Positions 34,126 through 44,103 of a stretch of 64,000 nucleotides of DNA are shown here, one piece after another (within the stretch, counting starts at the first letter, position 1; each line of letters begins with the position of its first letter). The position numbers were made by a program, and so were the translations under genes. The notes beneath the pieces are model-generated. The model made no database searches. It worked only from the letters and a program-made list of their open reading frames with translations, and was not told the origin of the DNA. This DNA comes from a virus (lineage: Duplodnaviria; Heunggongvirae; Uroviricota; Caudoviricetes): IMG/VR virus record IMGVR_UViG_2537561935_000012. One strand, given 5' to 3'.

Positions 34126-34548
34126 ATGTCATTCTTTTCTACGTTAAAAACAGCTTTGTCTTTGAAGGAGAAACTTGCTGCTACTGGTGTTCTTGTTCTG
34201 ATTTGCGCACTTGTTGGTGCTGGGTTTGCATGGGAACGTCATCAGCTAAAGCAAGCCATCGAGAAAATTGGCAGTCTTGATCAGGCTGTTAAGGAACGTG
34301 ATAAGTCAATAATGGATCTTAACCAGACCATTGAGACGATGAACAAAGCAGATCAACATTTTCACAGCCAGGAAGTGAAAAATGAATCAGAGCAAGCCAA
34401 GTATGCTGACAGGCAAATGGAACGAAAAGCTGAAGTTCAGAAACAACTGGTTGCGGCGGGTAATGTTCGCCAGCGTATTCCTGCTGACACTCAGCGGTTG
34501 CTCCGGGAGTCGATCAGCGAATTTAACGCCGACGCCGACAAAGGTTAA
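34126..34548 (+). CDS. Rz-like inner-membrane spanin (candidate)
   Basis: N-terminal TM helix then coiled-coil domain; AGGAGG RBS. Confidence 0.45.
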   Translation: MSFFSTLKTALSLKEKLAATGVLVLICALVGAGFAWERHQLKQAIEKIGSLDQAVKERDKSIMDLNQTIETMNKADQHFHSQEVKNESEQAKYADRQMERKAEVQKQLVAAGNVRQRIPADTQRLLRESISEFNADADKG

Positions 34549-34714
34549 CCACCCTGCCCCCAAAAGTGCATTTATGTGCAGGATGCCAGAGTTTAGCAGT
34601 GAATATTTTGATGATCTGCCAGCGTATATCCTCGATACAGAAACGATGCTGATGGGGATTAACAGGAAGAATCGCAACGTTAATGATTACAACCGAGCTA
34701 TTAGCGGTAACTAA
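34463..34714 (+). CDS. Rz1-like outer-membrane lipoprotein spanin (candidate)
   Basis: starts inside the Rz-like gene in another frame; lipobox LTLSGC. Confidence 0.4.
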   Translation: MFASVFLLTLSGCSGSRSANLTPTPTKVNHPAPKSAFMCRMPEFSSEYFDDLPAYILDTETMLMGINRKNRNVNDYNRAISGN

Positions 34715-34725
34715 AAGGGATTTTT

Positions 34726-35118
34726 ATGTCTGATAAAGTAACAGTAAAGCAAACTATCAACAAAGCGACTTCAATCTACAAAATTGAGCAAATCACTGTT
34801 GGCAAGCCAGGATCTGAACAATACCGTCGTGCTTTCGAGCTTGCCGATCAGCTTGGTTTAAAACACCCGGATTGCATTGAGCATGTATTTCCGACCTATG
34901 CTGATGAGCAATGTACTCATGTTCTTACCGAAGAGGATTTTTTCAGCACTGAAGAACGAGAAGGCGTTGATCGCTGCATTGGTGTGATTTGTTCTTCGGT
35001 AAGTGATGAGTTATTCCCTAATGTGCCTGAATATGGTGGTATTGGATACCAATTCCTGTACGAGGGCGATGAGCTTAAATGCTATGAACATGGTCTTCTC
35101 ATCGAAAGCGTAGAATAA
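34726..35118 (+). CDS. hypothetical protein
   Basis: 130-aa ORF followed by a terminator. Confidence 0.5.
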   Translation: MSDKVTVKQTINKATSIYKIEQITVGKPGSEQYRRAFELADQLGLKHPDCIEHVFPTYADEQCTHVLTEEDFFSTEEREGVDRCIGVICSSVSDELFPNVPEYGGIGYQFLYEGDELKCYEHGLLIESVE

Positions 35119-35126
35119 TACGACTC

Positions 35127-35157
35127 CCTTCCAACCGGCTACGTTGGCCGGTTTTTC
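35127..35157 (+). terminator. rho-independent terminator
   Basis: ccggctacgttggccgg hairpin plus T-run. Confidence 0.6.
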
Positions 35158-35159
35158 AC

Positions 35160-35420
35160 TTATCCACATTATCCACTGGATAGATCCAATAATCAGGTCC
35201 ATACAGATCCCAATTAGATCCATATAGATCCCTGATCGTTGCAGGCCGCGCCACGTCTGGCTTAGAAGTGTATCGCGATGTGTGCTGGAGGGAAAACGAT
35301 GTGTGCTGGAGGGATAAAAATGTGTGCTGACGGGTTGCTAATGTGTGCTGGCGGGATATAGGATGTGTGCTGACGGGAAAGCCTGGGTAGTTATCACCAC
35401 TTATAAAAACTATCCACACA
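35160..35420. other. oriR: plasmid origin oriR: DnaA boxes, GATC cluster, five iterons
   Basis: tandem TTATCCACA/TTATCCACT; five GATC in about 60 bp; five 19-bp iterons; DnaA-like boxes on the repA side. Confidence 0.85.
35277..35378. repeat. incC: incC iterons (5 x 19-bp RepA sites)
   Basis: gatgtgtgctggagggaaa and four variants at about 21-bp period. Confidence 0.9.
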
Positions 35421-35436
35421 ATTCGGAAAAAGTAAT

Positions 35437-36297
35437 ATGAATCAATCATTTATCTCCGATATTCTTTACGCAGACATTGAAAGTAAGGCAAAAGAACTAA
35501 CAGTTAATTCAAACAACACTGTGCAGCCTGTAGCGTTGATGCGCTTGGGGGTATTCGTGCCGAAGCCATCAAAGAGCAAAGGAGAAAGTAAAGAGATTGA
35601 TGCCACCAAAGCGTTTTCCCAGCTGGAGATAGCTAAAGCCGAGGGTTACGATGATATTAAAATCACCGGTCCTCGACTCGATATGGATACTGATTTCAAA
35701 ACGTGGATCGGTGTCATCTACGCGTTCAGCAAATACGGCTTGTCCTCAAACACCATCCAGTTATCGTTTCAGGAATTCGCTAAAGCCTGTGGTTTCCCCT
35801 CAAAACGTCTGGATGCGAAACTGCGTTTAACCATTCATGAATCACTTGGACGCTTGCGTAACAAGGGTATCGCTTTTAAGCGCGGAAAAGATGCTAAAGG
35901 CGGCTATCAGACTGGTCTGCTGAAGGTCGGGCGTTTTGATGCTGACCTTGATCTGATAGAGCTGGAGGCTGATTCGAAGTTGTGGGAGCTGTTCCAGCTT
36001 GATTATCGCGTTCTGTTGCAACACCACGCCTTGCGTGCCCTTCCGAAGAAAGAAGCTGCACAAGCCATTTACACTTTCATCGAAAGCCTTCCGCAGAACC
36101 CGTTGCCGCTATCGTTCGCGCGAATCCGTGAGCGCCTGGCTTTGCAGTCAGCTGTTGGCGAGCAAAACCGTATCATTAAGAAAGCGATAGAACAGCTTAA
36201 AACAATCGGCTATCTCGACTGTTCTATTGAGAAGAAAGGCCGGGAAAGTTTTGTAATCGTCCATTCTCGCAATCCAAAGCTGAAACTCCCCGAATAA
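35437..36297 (+). CDS. repA: plasmid replication initiator RepA
   Basis: 286 aa flanked by iteron arrays. Confidence 0.95.
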   Translation: MNQSFISDILYADIESKAKELTVNSNNTVQPVALMRLGVFVPKPSKSKGESKEIDATKAFSQLEIAKAEGYDDIKITGPRLDMDTDFKTWIGVIYAFSKYGLSSNTIQLSFQEFAKACGFPSKRLDAKLRLTIHESLGRLRNKGIAFKRGKDAKGGYQTGLLKVGRFDADLDLIELEADSKLWELFQLDYRVLLQHHALRALPKKEAAQAIYTFIESLPQNPLPLSFARIRERLALQSAVGEQNRIIKKAIEQLKTIGYLDCSIEKKGRESFVIVHSRNPKLKLPE

Positions 36298-36298
36298 G

Positions 36299-36600
36299 TG
36301 TGTGCTGGAGGGAAACCGCATTAAAAAGATGTGTGCTGCCGGGAAGGCTTGTCCAATTTCCTGTTTTTGATGTGCGCTGGAGGGGGACGCCCCTCAGTTT
36401 GCCCAGACTTTCCCTCCAGCACACATCTGTCCATCCGCTTTTCCCTCCAGTGCACATGTAATTCTCTGCCTTTCCCTCCAGCACACATATTTGATACCAG
36501 CGATCCCTCCACAGCACATAATTCAATGCGACTTCCCTCTATCGCACATCTTAGACTTTTATTCTCCCTCCAGCACACATCGAAGCTGCCGGGAAAGCCG
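36299..36600. repeat. incA: incA iteron array (about 9 sites, both orientations)
   Basis: three direct then about six inverted copies of the iteron downstream of repA. Confidence 0.85.
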
Positions 36601-36853
36601 TTCTCACCAGTTGATAGAGAGTGAAGCTTGGCTGCCCATTGAAGCAGGAAATCACCAAAATGATTCAGGCTACAACCTGAACGTAGAAGAAATCCGCGTC
36701 CTTTATGCGTGGAGGATGCCAAAGCATGTTGTGACACACTTGGCAAAGGAGTACGCATGCAGAGAATGCTATGTACAAGCATCTACGCATACATTATTAT
36801 TTTATGCAGCATTTTTAATTAAATTCAAAAATACAGCATAAAGGATGACTTCG

Positions 36854-38050
36854 ATGAGTGATTCCAGCCAGCTTCACAAGGTTGCTCAAAGAGCAAACAG
36901 AATGCTCAATGTTCTGACTGAACAAGTACAGTTGCAAAAGGATGAGCTACACGCGAACGAGTTTTACCAGGTCTATGCGAAAGCGGCACTGGCAAAATTG
37001 CCTCTACTGACTCGAGCGAACGTTGACTATGCCGTAAGTGAAATGGAAGAAAAGGGTTATGTTTTCGATAAACGCCCTGCTGGCTCTTCAATGAAATATG
37101 CGATGTCAATTCAGAACATCATTGACATATATGAACATCGCGGAGTGCCAAAATACCGGGATCGCTACAGCGAAGCGTATGTGATTTTCATCTCCAATCT
37201 TAAAGGCGGTGTGTCAAAAACTGTATCGACGGTTTCTCTGGCGCATGCAATGCGTGCTCACCCTCATCTTCTTATGGAGGATTTAAGGATTCTGGTTATT
37301 GACCTTGATCCGCAATCTTCAGCAACGATGTTTTTAAGCCATAAACACTCTATTGGTATCGTAAACGCAACATCTGCACAGGCTATGTTGCAGAATGTAA
37401 GCCGTGAAGAGCTGTTAGAGGAGTTTATTGTTCCTTCTGTTGTACCTGGGGTTGACGTTATGCCTGCGTCGATTGACGATGCCTTTATTGCATCCGATTG
37501 GAGAGAGCTGTGCAATGAGCATCTACCGGGTCAGAACATCCATGCTGTCCTGAAAGAAAATGTGATTGATAAGCTGAAGAGCGATTATGACTTTATCCTC
37601 GTTGATAGTGGTCCTCACCTTGACGCCTTCCTGAAAAATGCTTTGGCCTCGGCCAATATACTGTTTACACCTCTGCCGCCAGCAACTGTCGATTTCCACT
37701 CATCGCTTAAATACGTTGCCCGCCTTCCTGAGTTGGTAAAACTCATTTCGGATGAAGGCTGCGAGTGTCAGCTTGCGACTAACATTGGTTTTATGTCCAA
37801 GTTGAGTAATAAGGCAGATCATAAGTATTGCCATAGCCTGGCTAAAGAAGTGTTCGGTGGGGATATGCTCGATGTCGTCCTCCCTCGCCTTGACGGTTTT
37901 GAACGTTGCGGCGAGGCTTTTGACACTGTTATTTCAGCTAACCCGGCAACGTATGTTGGTAGTGCTGATGCATTGAAGAACGCGCGAATTGCCGCGGAAG
38001 ATTTTGCTAAAGCAGTTTTTGACCGTATTGAATTTATCAGATCTAACTGA
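36854..38050 (+). CDS. parA: partition ATPase ParA
   Basis: 398 aa from second ATG; deviant Walker A KGGVSKT. Confidence 0.95.
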   Translation: MSDSSQLHKVAQRANRMLNVLTEQVQLQKDELHANEFYQVYAKAALAKLPLLTRANVDYAVSEMEEKGYVFDKRPAGSSMKYAMSIQNIIDIYEHRGVPKYRDRYSEAYVIFISNLKGGVSKTVSTVSLAHAMRAHPHLLMEDLRILVIDLDPQSSATMFLSHKHSIGIVNATSAQAMLQNVSREELLEEFIVPSVVPGVDVMPASIDDAFIASDWRELCNEHLPGQNIHAVLKENVIDKLKSDYDFILVDSGPHLDAFLKNALASANILFTPLPPATVDFHSSLKYVARLPELVKLISDEGCECQLATNIGFMSKLSNKADHKYCHSLAKEVFGGDMLDVVLPRLDGFERCGEAFDTVISANPATYVGSADALKNARIAAEDFAKAVFDRIEFIRSN

Positions 38051-38066
38051 GGAGTAAGAACCCCCC

Positions 38067-39068
38067 ATGTCAAAGAAAAACAGACCAACAATTGGGCGAA
38101 CCCTTAATCCTTCAATATTAAGCGGATTTGATAGTTCTTCAGCCTCTGGCGATCGAGTCGAGCAGGTATTCAAGTTATCAACTGGTCGCCAGGCCACATT
38201 TATTGAAGAGGTAATACCTCCGAACCAGGTAGAAAGCGATACCTTTGTTGATCAGCATAACAACGGGCGTGACCAGGCATCTCTTACGCCAAAATCATTA
38301 AAAAGTATCCGAAGCACTATTAAGCATCAGCAATTTTACCCTGCAATAGGTGTTAGACGGGCTACAGGGAAAATTGAAATTTTGGATGGTTCCCGGCGTC
38401 GAGCTTCTGCCATCTTAGAGAACGTAGGGTTGCGGGTTTTAGTCACGGACCAGGAGATCAGCGTTCAGGAAGCGCAAAATTTAGCGAAAGACGTTCAGAC
38501 AGCATTGCAGCACAGCATTCGAGAAATAGGTCTGCGTTTGATGCGAATGAAAAATGATGGGATGAGTCAGAAGGATATTGCAGCCAAAGAAGGGCTGTCT
38601 CAGGCGAAGGTCACGCGTGCTCTCCAGGCAGCGAGTGCTCCGGAAGAATTAGTCGCCCTTTTCCCTGTGCAGTCGGAATTAACCTTTTCGGACTACAAAA
38701 CGCTTTGTGCTGTTGGCGACGAAATGGGGAACAAGAATTTAGAGTTTGATCAGCTTATTCAAAACATATCCCCGGAAATAAACGACATCTTATCCATTGA
38801 AGAAATGGCCGAAGATGAAGTTAAAAATAAAATCCTGCGCTTGATAACAAAGGAAGCCTCACTACTCACGGATAAAGGTTCTAAAGATAAGTCCGTAGTT
38901 ACTGAATTATGGAAATTTGAGGACAAGGATCGCTTTGCAAGGAAGCGCGTGAAAGGCCGTGCATTTTCTTATGAGTTTAATCGACTTTCAAAAGAGCTAC
39001 AGGAAGAACTCGACAGGATGATTGGGCATATCCTTAGAAAGAGCCTCGATAAAAAGCCGAAGCCTTAA
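38067..39068 (+). CDS. parB: partition protein ParB
   Basis: 333-aa ORF directly after parA and before parS. Confidence 0.95.
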   Translation: MSKKNRPTIGRTLNPSILSGFDSSSASGDRVEQVFKLSTGRQATFIEEVIPPNQVESDTFVDQHNNGRDQASLTPKSLKSIRSTIKHQQFYPAIGVRRATGKIEILDGSRRRASAILENVGLRVLVTDQEISVQEAQNLAKDVQTALQHSIREIGLRLMRMKNDGMSQKDIAAKEGLSQAKVTRALQAASAPEELVALFPVQSELTFSDYKTLCAVGDEMGNKNLEFDQLIQNISPEINDILSIEEMAEDEVKNKILRLITKEASLLTDKGSKDKSVVTELWKFEDKDRFARKRVKGRAFSYEFNRLSKELQEELDRMIGHILRKSLDKKPKP

Positions 39069-39070
39069 AC

Positions 39071-39158
39071 TTTCGCCATTCAAATTTCACTGTTAACCTA
39101 CTGTTTTTAAAGTAAATCAATCTAAAATTTCAAGGTGAAATCGCCACGATTTCACCTT
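39071..39158. other. parS: partition site parS
   Basis: ATTTCAC heptamers and TCGCCA hexamers on both sides of an AT-rich IHF-like spacer. Confidence 0.8.
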
Positions 39159-39223
39159 GGATTTTACCTTCCTCCCCTCCTCCCGAAAAAAATAAAAAAT
39201 TTGCTTGTCACGAGAAAGTCAAC

Positions 39224-39242
39224 AAGTGACTTTCAATAAAAT
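39224..39242 (+). promoter_or_regulatory. candidate late promoter
   Basis: AAGTGACTT-tcaa-TAAAAT about 50 nt before the structural gene start. Confidence 0.45.
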
Positions 39243-39293
39243 CTCTTCCGAAAAGGGATTCACACAAGTGCCTTGTGTTTAAGGAAGAGTAAA

Positions 39294-41000
39294 TTGAGTA
39301 ACTTACGCGAATACCAGAATCGTATTGCAGATATCGCAAAACGCTCTAAAGCTGTGCTTGGCTGGGCAAGCACTGCGCAGTTCGGTACTGATAACCAATT
39401 CATTAAAGATGATGCCGCGCGTGCCGCATCTATCCTTGAAGCTGCACGTAAAGACCCGGTTTTTGCGGGTATCTCTGATAATGCCACCGCTCAAATCGCT
39501 ACAGCGTGGGCAAGTGCACTGGCTGACTACGCCGCAGCACATAAATCTATGCCGCGTCCGGAAATTCTGGCCTCCTGCCACCAGACGCTGGAAAACTGCC
39601 TGATAGAGTCCACCCGCAATAGCATGGATGCCACTAATAAAGCGATGCTGGAATCCGTCGCAGCAGAGATGATGAGCGTTTCTGACGGTGTTATGCGTCT
39701 GCCTTTATTCCTCGCGATGATCCTGCCTGTTCAGTTGGGGGCAGCTACCGCTGATGCGTGTACCTTCATTCCGGTTACGCGTGACCAGTCCGACATCTAT
39801 GAAGTCTTTAACGTGGCAGGTTCCTCTTTTGGTTCTTATGCTGCTGGTGATGTTCTGGACATGCAATCCGTCGGTGTGTACAGCCAGTTACGTCGCCGCT
39901 ATGTGCTGGTGGCAAGCTCCGATGGCACTAGCAAAACCGCAACCTTCAAGATGGAAGACTTCGAAGGCCAGAATGTACCAATCCGAAAAGGTCGCACTAA
40001 CATCTACGTTAACCGTATTAAGTCTGTTGTTGATAACGGTTCCGGCAGCCTACTTCACTCGTTTACTAATGCTGCTGGTGAGCAAATCACTGTTACCTGC
40101 TCTCTGAACTACAACATTGGTCAGATTGCCCTGTCGTTCTCCAAAGCGCCGGATAAAGGCACTGAGATCGCAATTGAGACGGAAATCAATATTGAAGCCG
40201 CTCCTGAGCTGATCCCGCTGATCAACCACGAAATGAAGAAATACACCCTGTTCCCAAGTCAGTTCGTTATCGCGGCTGAGCACACGGTACAGGCGGCGTA
40301 TGAAGCACAGCGTGAATTTGGTCTGGACCTGGGTTCCCTACAGTTCCGCACCCTGAAGGAATACCTGTCTCATGAACAGGATATGCTGCGTCTTCGCATC
40401 ATGATCTGGCGTACTCTTGCGACCGACACCTTTGACATCGCTCTGCCGGTTAACCAGTCCTTTGATGTATGGGCAACCATCATTCGTGGCAAATTCCAGA
40501 CTGTATATCGCGACATTATTGAGCGCGTTAAATCTTCTGGTGCGATGGGGATGTTTGCTGGTGCTGATGCAGCATCTTTCTTCAAACAGTTGCCGAAGGA
40601 TTTCTTCCAGCCAGCCGAAGACTATATCCAGACTCCGTATGTTCACTACATCGGTACCCTGTTCGGTAACGTGAAAGTGTACGAAGTACCTGCTGGTATT
40701 TGTAAGAACTTAACGACAGAGAACATTCAGTTCAGCTCGATGGATGTGCTGTGCTACGTCCGTGATGAAAATCCGGGTAAAGCAGGCTTCGTGACTGGTG
40801 ATGCTGTCCCGGCTATCCCGTTCCAGCATCCGACCACTCCGGCGCTGGTCAACCGTACCACACTGTGGGGTTCGGCTATCAACGATATGCACCCACGCAA
40901 CGGCGCTGATTACTTCACTCGTGTAACGCTGACAATGGCCAAAAAAGGCGGGCTTAACTTCATTAGCGGCGACACGATTGATGCCGGTGACTCTGAGTAA
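39294..41000 (+). CDS. phage structural protein, possibly major head protein
   Basis: TTG start after AAGGAAG RBS; first gene after parS; function by context only. Confidence 0.4.
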   Translation: MSNLREYQNRIADIAKRSKAVLGWASTAQFGTDNQFIKDDAARAASILEAARKDPVFAGISDNATAQIATAWASALADYAAAHKSMPRPEILASCHQTLENCLIESTRNSMDATNKAMLESVAAEMMSVSDGVMRLPLFLAMILPVQLGAATADACTFIPVTRDQSDIYEVFNVAGSSFGSYAAGDVLDMQSVGVYSQLRRRYVLVASSDGTSKTATFKMEDFEGQNVPIRKGRTNIYVNRIKSVVDNGSGSLLHSFTNAAGEQITVTCSLNYNIGQIALSFSKAPDKGTEIAIETEINIEAAPELIPLINHEMKKYTLFPSQFVIAAEHTVQAAYEAQREFGLDLGSLQFRTLKEYLSHEQDMLRLRIMIWRTLATDTFDIALPVNQSFDVWATIIRGKFQTVYRDIIERVKSSGAMGMFAGADAASFFKQLPKDFFQPAEDYIQTPYVHYIGTLFGNVKVYEVPAGICKNLTTENIQFSSMDVLCYVRDENPGKAGFVTGDAVPAIPFQHPTTPALVNRTTLWGSAINDMHPRNGADYFTRVTLTMAKKGGLNFISGDTIDAGDSE

Positions 41001-41060
41001 TCAGGGGAAGTTCTCCGTTTAACATAGCGCCCCCGTGCGGGGCGCATAACAGGGAAAGTT

Positions 41061-42650
41061 ATGTCTCAATATTCAATTCAACAGTCATTAGGTAATGCAT
41101 CCGGCGTCGCGGTTAGCCCGATCAATGCCGATGCGACGTTATCTACCGGTGTTGCATTAAATAGCAGCTTGTGGGCTGGTATTGGCGTATTTGCGCGTGG
41201 CAAGCCGTTTACTGTTCTTGCGGTTACTGAGTCCAATTACGAAGATGTTCTCGGCGAACCGCTGAAGCCGTCTTCCGGCTCACAGTTCGAACCAATTCGC
41301 CATGTATACGAAGCTATTCAGCAAACGTCTGGTTATGTTGTTCGCGCTGTTCCGGATGATGCGAAGTTCCCGATTATTATGTTCGATGAATCAGGCGAAC
41401 CGGCTTACAGTGCGTTGCCATACGGTTCTGAAATTGAACTTGATAGTGGCGAAGCCTTTGCTATCTACGTTGATGATGGTGATCCGTGTATTTCACCTAC
41501 CCGTGAGTTAACCATCGAAACGGCAACAGCGGACAGCGCGGGTAATGAACGCTTCCTCTTAAAACTGACCCAGACGACTTCGCTCGGCGTGGTAACGACC
41601 CTGGAGACACACACTGTGTCTTTGGCGGAAGAAGCGAAAGATGACATGGGCCGCTTGTGTTATCTGCCTACGGCTCTGGAAGCCCGTTCTAAATATCTGC
41701 GCGCGGTTGTTAATGAAGAGCTGATTTCGACAGCGAAAGTAACAAACAAAAAATCGTTGGCGTTCACTGGCGGTACCAACGGCGATCAGTCGAAAATCTC
41801 AACCGCTGCGTACCTGCGTGCGGTGAAAGTGCTGAACAATGCGCCGTACATGTACACCGCTGTTCTCGGCCTGGGGTGCTATGACAATGCGGCGATCACT
41901 GCGTTAGGTAATATCTGTTCTGATCGCCTGATTGATGGCTTCTTTGATGTCAAACCGACATTGACGTACACGGAAGCGATCTCTGCTGTTGAAGATACCG
42001 GTTTACTTGGTACCGATTATGTAAGCTGTGCTGTCTATCATTTCCCGTTCTCCTGCAAAGACAAATGGACCCAATCCCGCGTGGTCTTCGGTCTGTCTGG
42101 CGCGGCGTATGCGGCGAAAGCTCGTGGCGTCAAGAAAAACTCCGATGTCGGCGGTTGGCATTACTCACCGGCTGGTGAAGAACGTGCCGTCATAGCTCGT
42201 GCATCACTTCAGCCGCTGTATCCTGAAGACACCCCGGACGAAGAAGCTATGGTCAAGGGCCGACTCAATAAAGTATCTGTAGGTACTTCGGGCCAGATGA
42301 TCATCGATGATGCTTTAACTTGCTGCACGCAGGACAACTATCTGCATTTCCAGCACGTCCCATCCCTGATGAACGCAATCAGCCGTTTCTTTGTCCAGTT
42401 AGCCCGACAGATGAAGCATAACCCGGACGGCATTACTGAGTCTGGCCTGACTAAAGGGATGACCAAACTTTTGGATCGCTTTGTCGCCTCCGGCGCTCTG
42501 GTGGCTCCTCGTGATCCTGATGCTGACGGTACAGAACCGTATGTGCTGAAAGTTACGCAGGCGGAATTCGATAAATGGGAAGTAGTCTGGGCCTGCTGCC
42601 CGACTGGCGTAGCCCGTCGTATCCAGGGCGTACCGCTGCTTATTAAGTAA
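41061..42650 (+). CDS. phage structural protein, possibly tail sheath
   Basis: 529-aa ORF; size and context only. Confidence 0.35.
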   Translation: MSQYSIQQSLGNASGVAVSPINADATLSTGVALNSSLWAGIGVFARGKPFTVLAVTESNYEDVLGEPLKPSSGSQFEPIRHVYEAIQQTSGYVVRAVPDDAKFPIIMFDESGEPAYSALPYGSEIELDSGEAFAIYVDDGDPCISPTRELTIETATADSAGNERFLLKLTQTTSLGVVTTLETHTVSLAEEAKDDMGRLCYLPTALEARSKYLRAVVNEELISTAKVTNKKSLAFTGGTNGDQSKISTAAYLRAVKVLNNAPYMYTAVLGLGCYDNAAITALGNICSDRLIDGFFDVKPTLTYTEAISAVEDTGLLGTDYVSCAVYHFPFSCKDKWTQSRVVFGLSGAAYAAKARGVKKNSDVGGWHYSPAGEERAVIARASLQPLYPEDTPDEEAMVKGRLNKVSVGTSGQMIIDDALTCCTQDNYLHFQHVPSLMNAISRFFVQLARQMKHNPDGITESGLTKGMTKLLDRFVASGALVAPRDPDADGTEPYVLKVTQAEFDKWEVVWACCPTGVARRIQGVPLLIK

Positions 42651-42659
42651 GGAAATACA

Positions 42660-43475
42660 ATGAGCAAAAACTTTTTTCAATCCGGGGCATTTTTGGGGAA
42701 TGGACTGTCTCGTTTCGCTTTGAACTCTGATCCTGTGCAGTTGATGGAGTCTGCCCGAGCAAGCGCCGAACCGACAACAGATCCGGTTATTAATAATAAT
42801 CCGGAACCGGAGGCACAGACTAACGATAACGTTCCATCTGCCACGGCTCCTGAGCAAATCCTGGAAGGGAAAGACGGTAAAGAATGGACCGTCGAACAGG
42901 CGCACCAGATGATTCTGGAAGCTGCAAATCGAAGTGCTATGCAGAATGCGTTGAGTGATGCGGCCGACGCCGTTTTCGCCTGGGCTGATAGCGGTGATCT
43001 GACTTTCGACTCCCTTGATGGTTTCGTTCAGGCTATCGCTGGTATCTCTGATGACGACGACTCCGAAGTTACAGAAGAACAGGACGATGCCTATAACGAA
43101 GCATGGGCAAATGTTGCTGACTTCCTCGCAGCATGCGGTGTAGATGATGACCTGATCGAAGCACTGGCTGACGATGAAGACGACGACGCAGCTGCTGATG
43201 TTGGTGCCTCTATCGCTGGTTTAGATAGCGACGACCGTGACGAACTGGAAGCGGCGTTTGTTGTTGCTGGCACTTCTGATGAAATGCTGACTGAAGCATT
43301 TAAGAAGGTTGTTCGTAACGGTGAGATCAAACTCATCCGTAAACGCCTGCGTAAAAAACGTCTGACTGCGGCTCAAAAATCGGCGCTGAAAAAAGCGCGT
43401 CGAAAAGCCCAGACCGGTGCGGCAAAACTTGCCCGCAAAAAGTCAATGAAACTGCGCCGTAAGCGCCTTGGCTAA
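42660..43475 (+). CDS. acidic protein with strongly basic C-terminal tail
   Basis: 271 aa; Asp/Glu-rich core, last about 45 aa Lys/Arg-rich. Confidence 0.5.
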   Translation: MSKNFFQSGAFLGNGLSRFALNSDPVQLMESARASAEPTTDPVINNNPEPEAQTNDNVPSATAPEQILEGKDGKEWTVEQAHQMILEAANRSAMQNALSDAADAVFAWADSGDLTFDSLDGFVQAIAGISDDDDSEVTEEQDDAYNEAWANVADFLAACGVDDDLIEALADDEDDDAAADVGASIAGLDSDDRDELEAAFVVAGTSDEMLTEAFKKVVRNGEIKLIRKRLRKKRLTAAQKSALKKARRKAQTGAAKLARKKSMKLRRKRLG

Positions 43476-43510
43476 AGGAGGAGGCCGGAGAACTCCGGCC
43501 TTTAACTTGA

Positions 43511-44092
43511 ATGGCACCTATACCTTATGGGGTTTACAGCCAGGCTGACGGTGTATCGCCATTTCTGAAAGTTACTTTAACGAACTCTCAGTACCAGGTT
43601 ACCGGATATATCAGCCAGGGGGCAGCAATGAACATGGCCCAGAATTGGGAAGCGCCGTTTACCGGTATGTCCATGGGGTCTGTTGCTGGTGCCTTCAGTG
43701 GTTTTGCGCAGGTTGGTACTGAAACAACGTCGGTTGCCCGTTGGAATAGCTTAATGGTATGGGAAGGGGGGACACCGCCGACTTTCACGCTGCCAGTAAC
43801 TTTCATCGCTTTGTTTGACCCATTCACGGAGGTTTCAGGAGCTATCGCCGCATTGTCAGCGATGATTAGCCCGGAACTTAAAGATGCCAGTATTGGTGGT
43901 CGAATCCCGGAGCGTGTGACGCTAAACATTGGTCGCCGGATCAACATCATTGATGTCGCTATCCAGGACATAAGTTTCGATCTCGATGCGCCCAGGGACA
44001 GCAATGGGCATTTCCTGAAAAACACCGTCAACCTCCAGTTGACCGGTTCTTCGATATATAACAGCTCCGATATTGTTCGGGCGTTCCAGTAA
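43511..44092 (+). CDS. phage structural protein
   Basis: 193-aa ORF. Confidence 0.45.
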   Translation: MAPIPYGVYSQADGVSPFLKVTLTNSQYQVTGYISQGAAMNMAQNWEAPFTGMSMGSVAGAFSGFAQVGTETTSVARWNSLMVWEGGTPPTFTLPVTFIALFDPFTEVSGAIAALSAMISPELKDASIGGRIPERVTLNIGRRINIIDVAIQDISFDLDAPRDSNGHFLKNTVNLQLTGSSIYNSSDIVRAFQ

Positions 44093-44103
44093 AAGGATTT
44101 TAT

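Noticed and set aside
35277-36600. Possible CRISPR array from short direct repeats
   Set aside because: Repeats are 19-bp iterons with irregular spacing and mixed orientation flanking repA, with no cas genes; this is a plasmid origin and copy-control locus.
36224-36841. Four overlapping ORFs of 97-153 aa on both strands downstream of repA
   Set aside because: They lie entirely in the incA iteron array; the reading frames are artefacts of the repeated 19-bp iterons.
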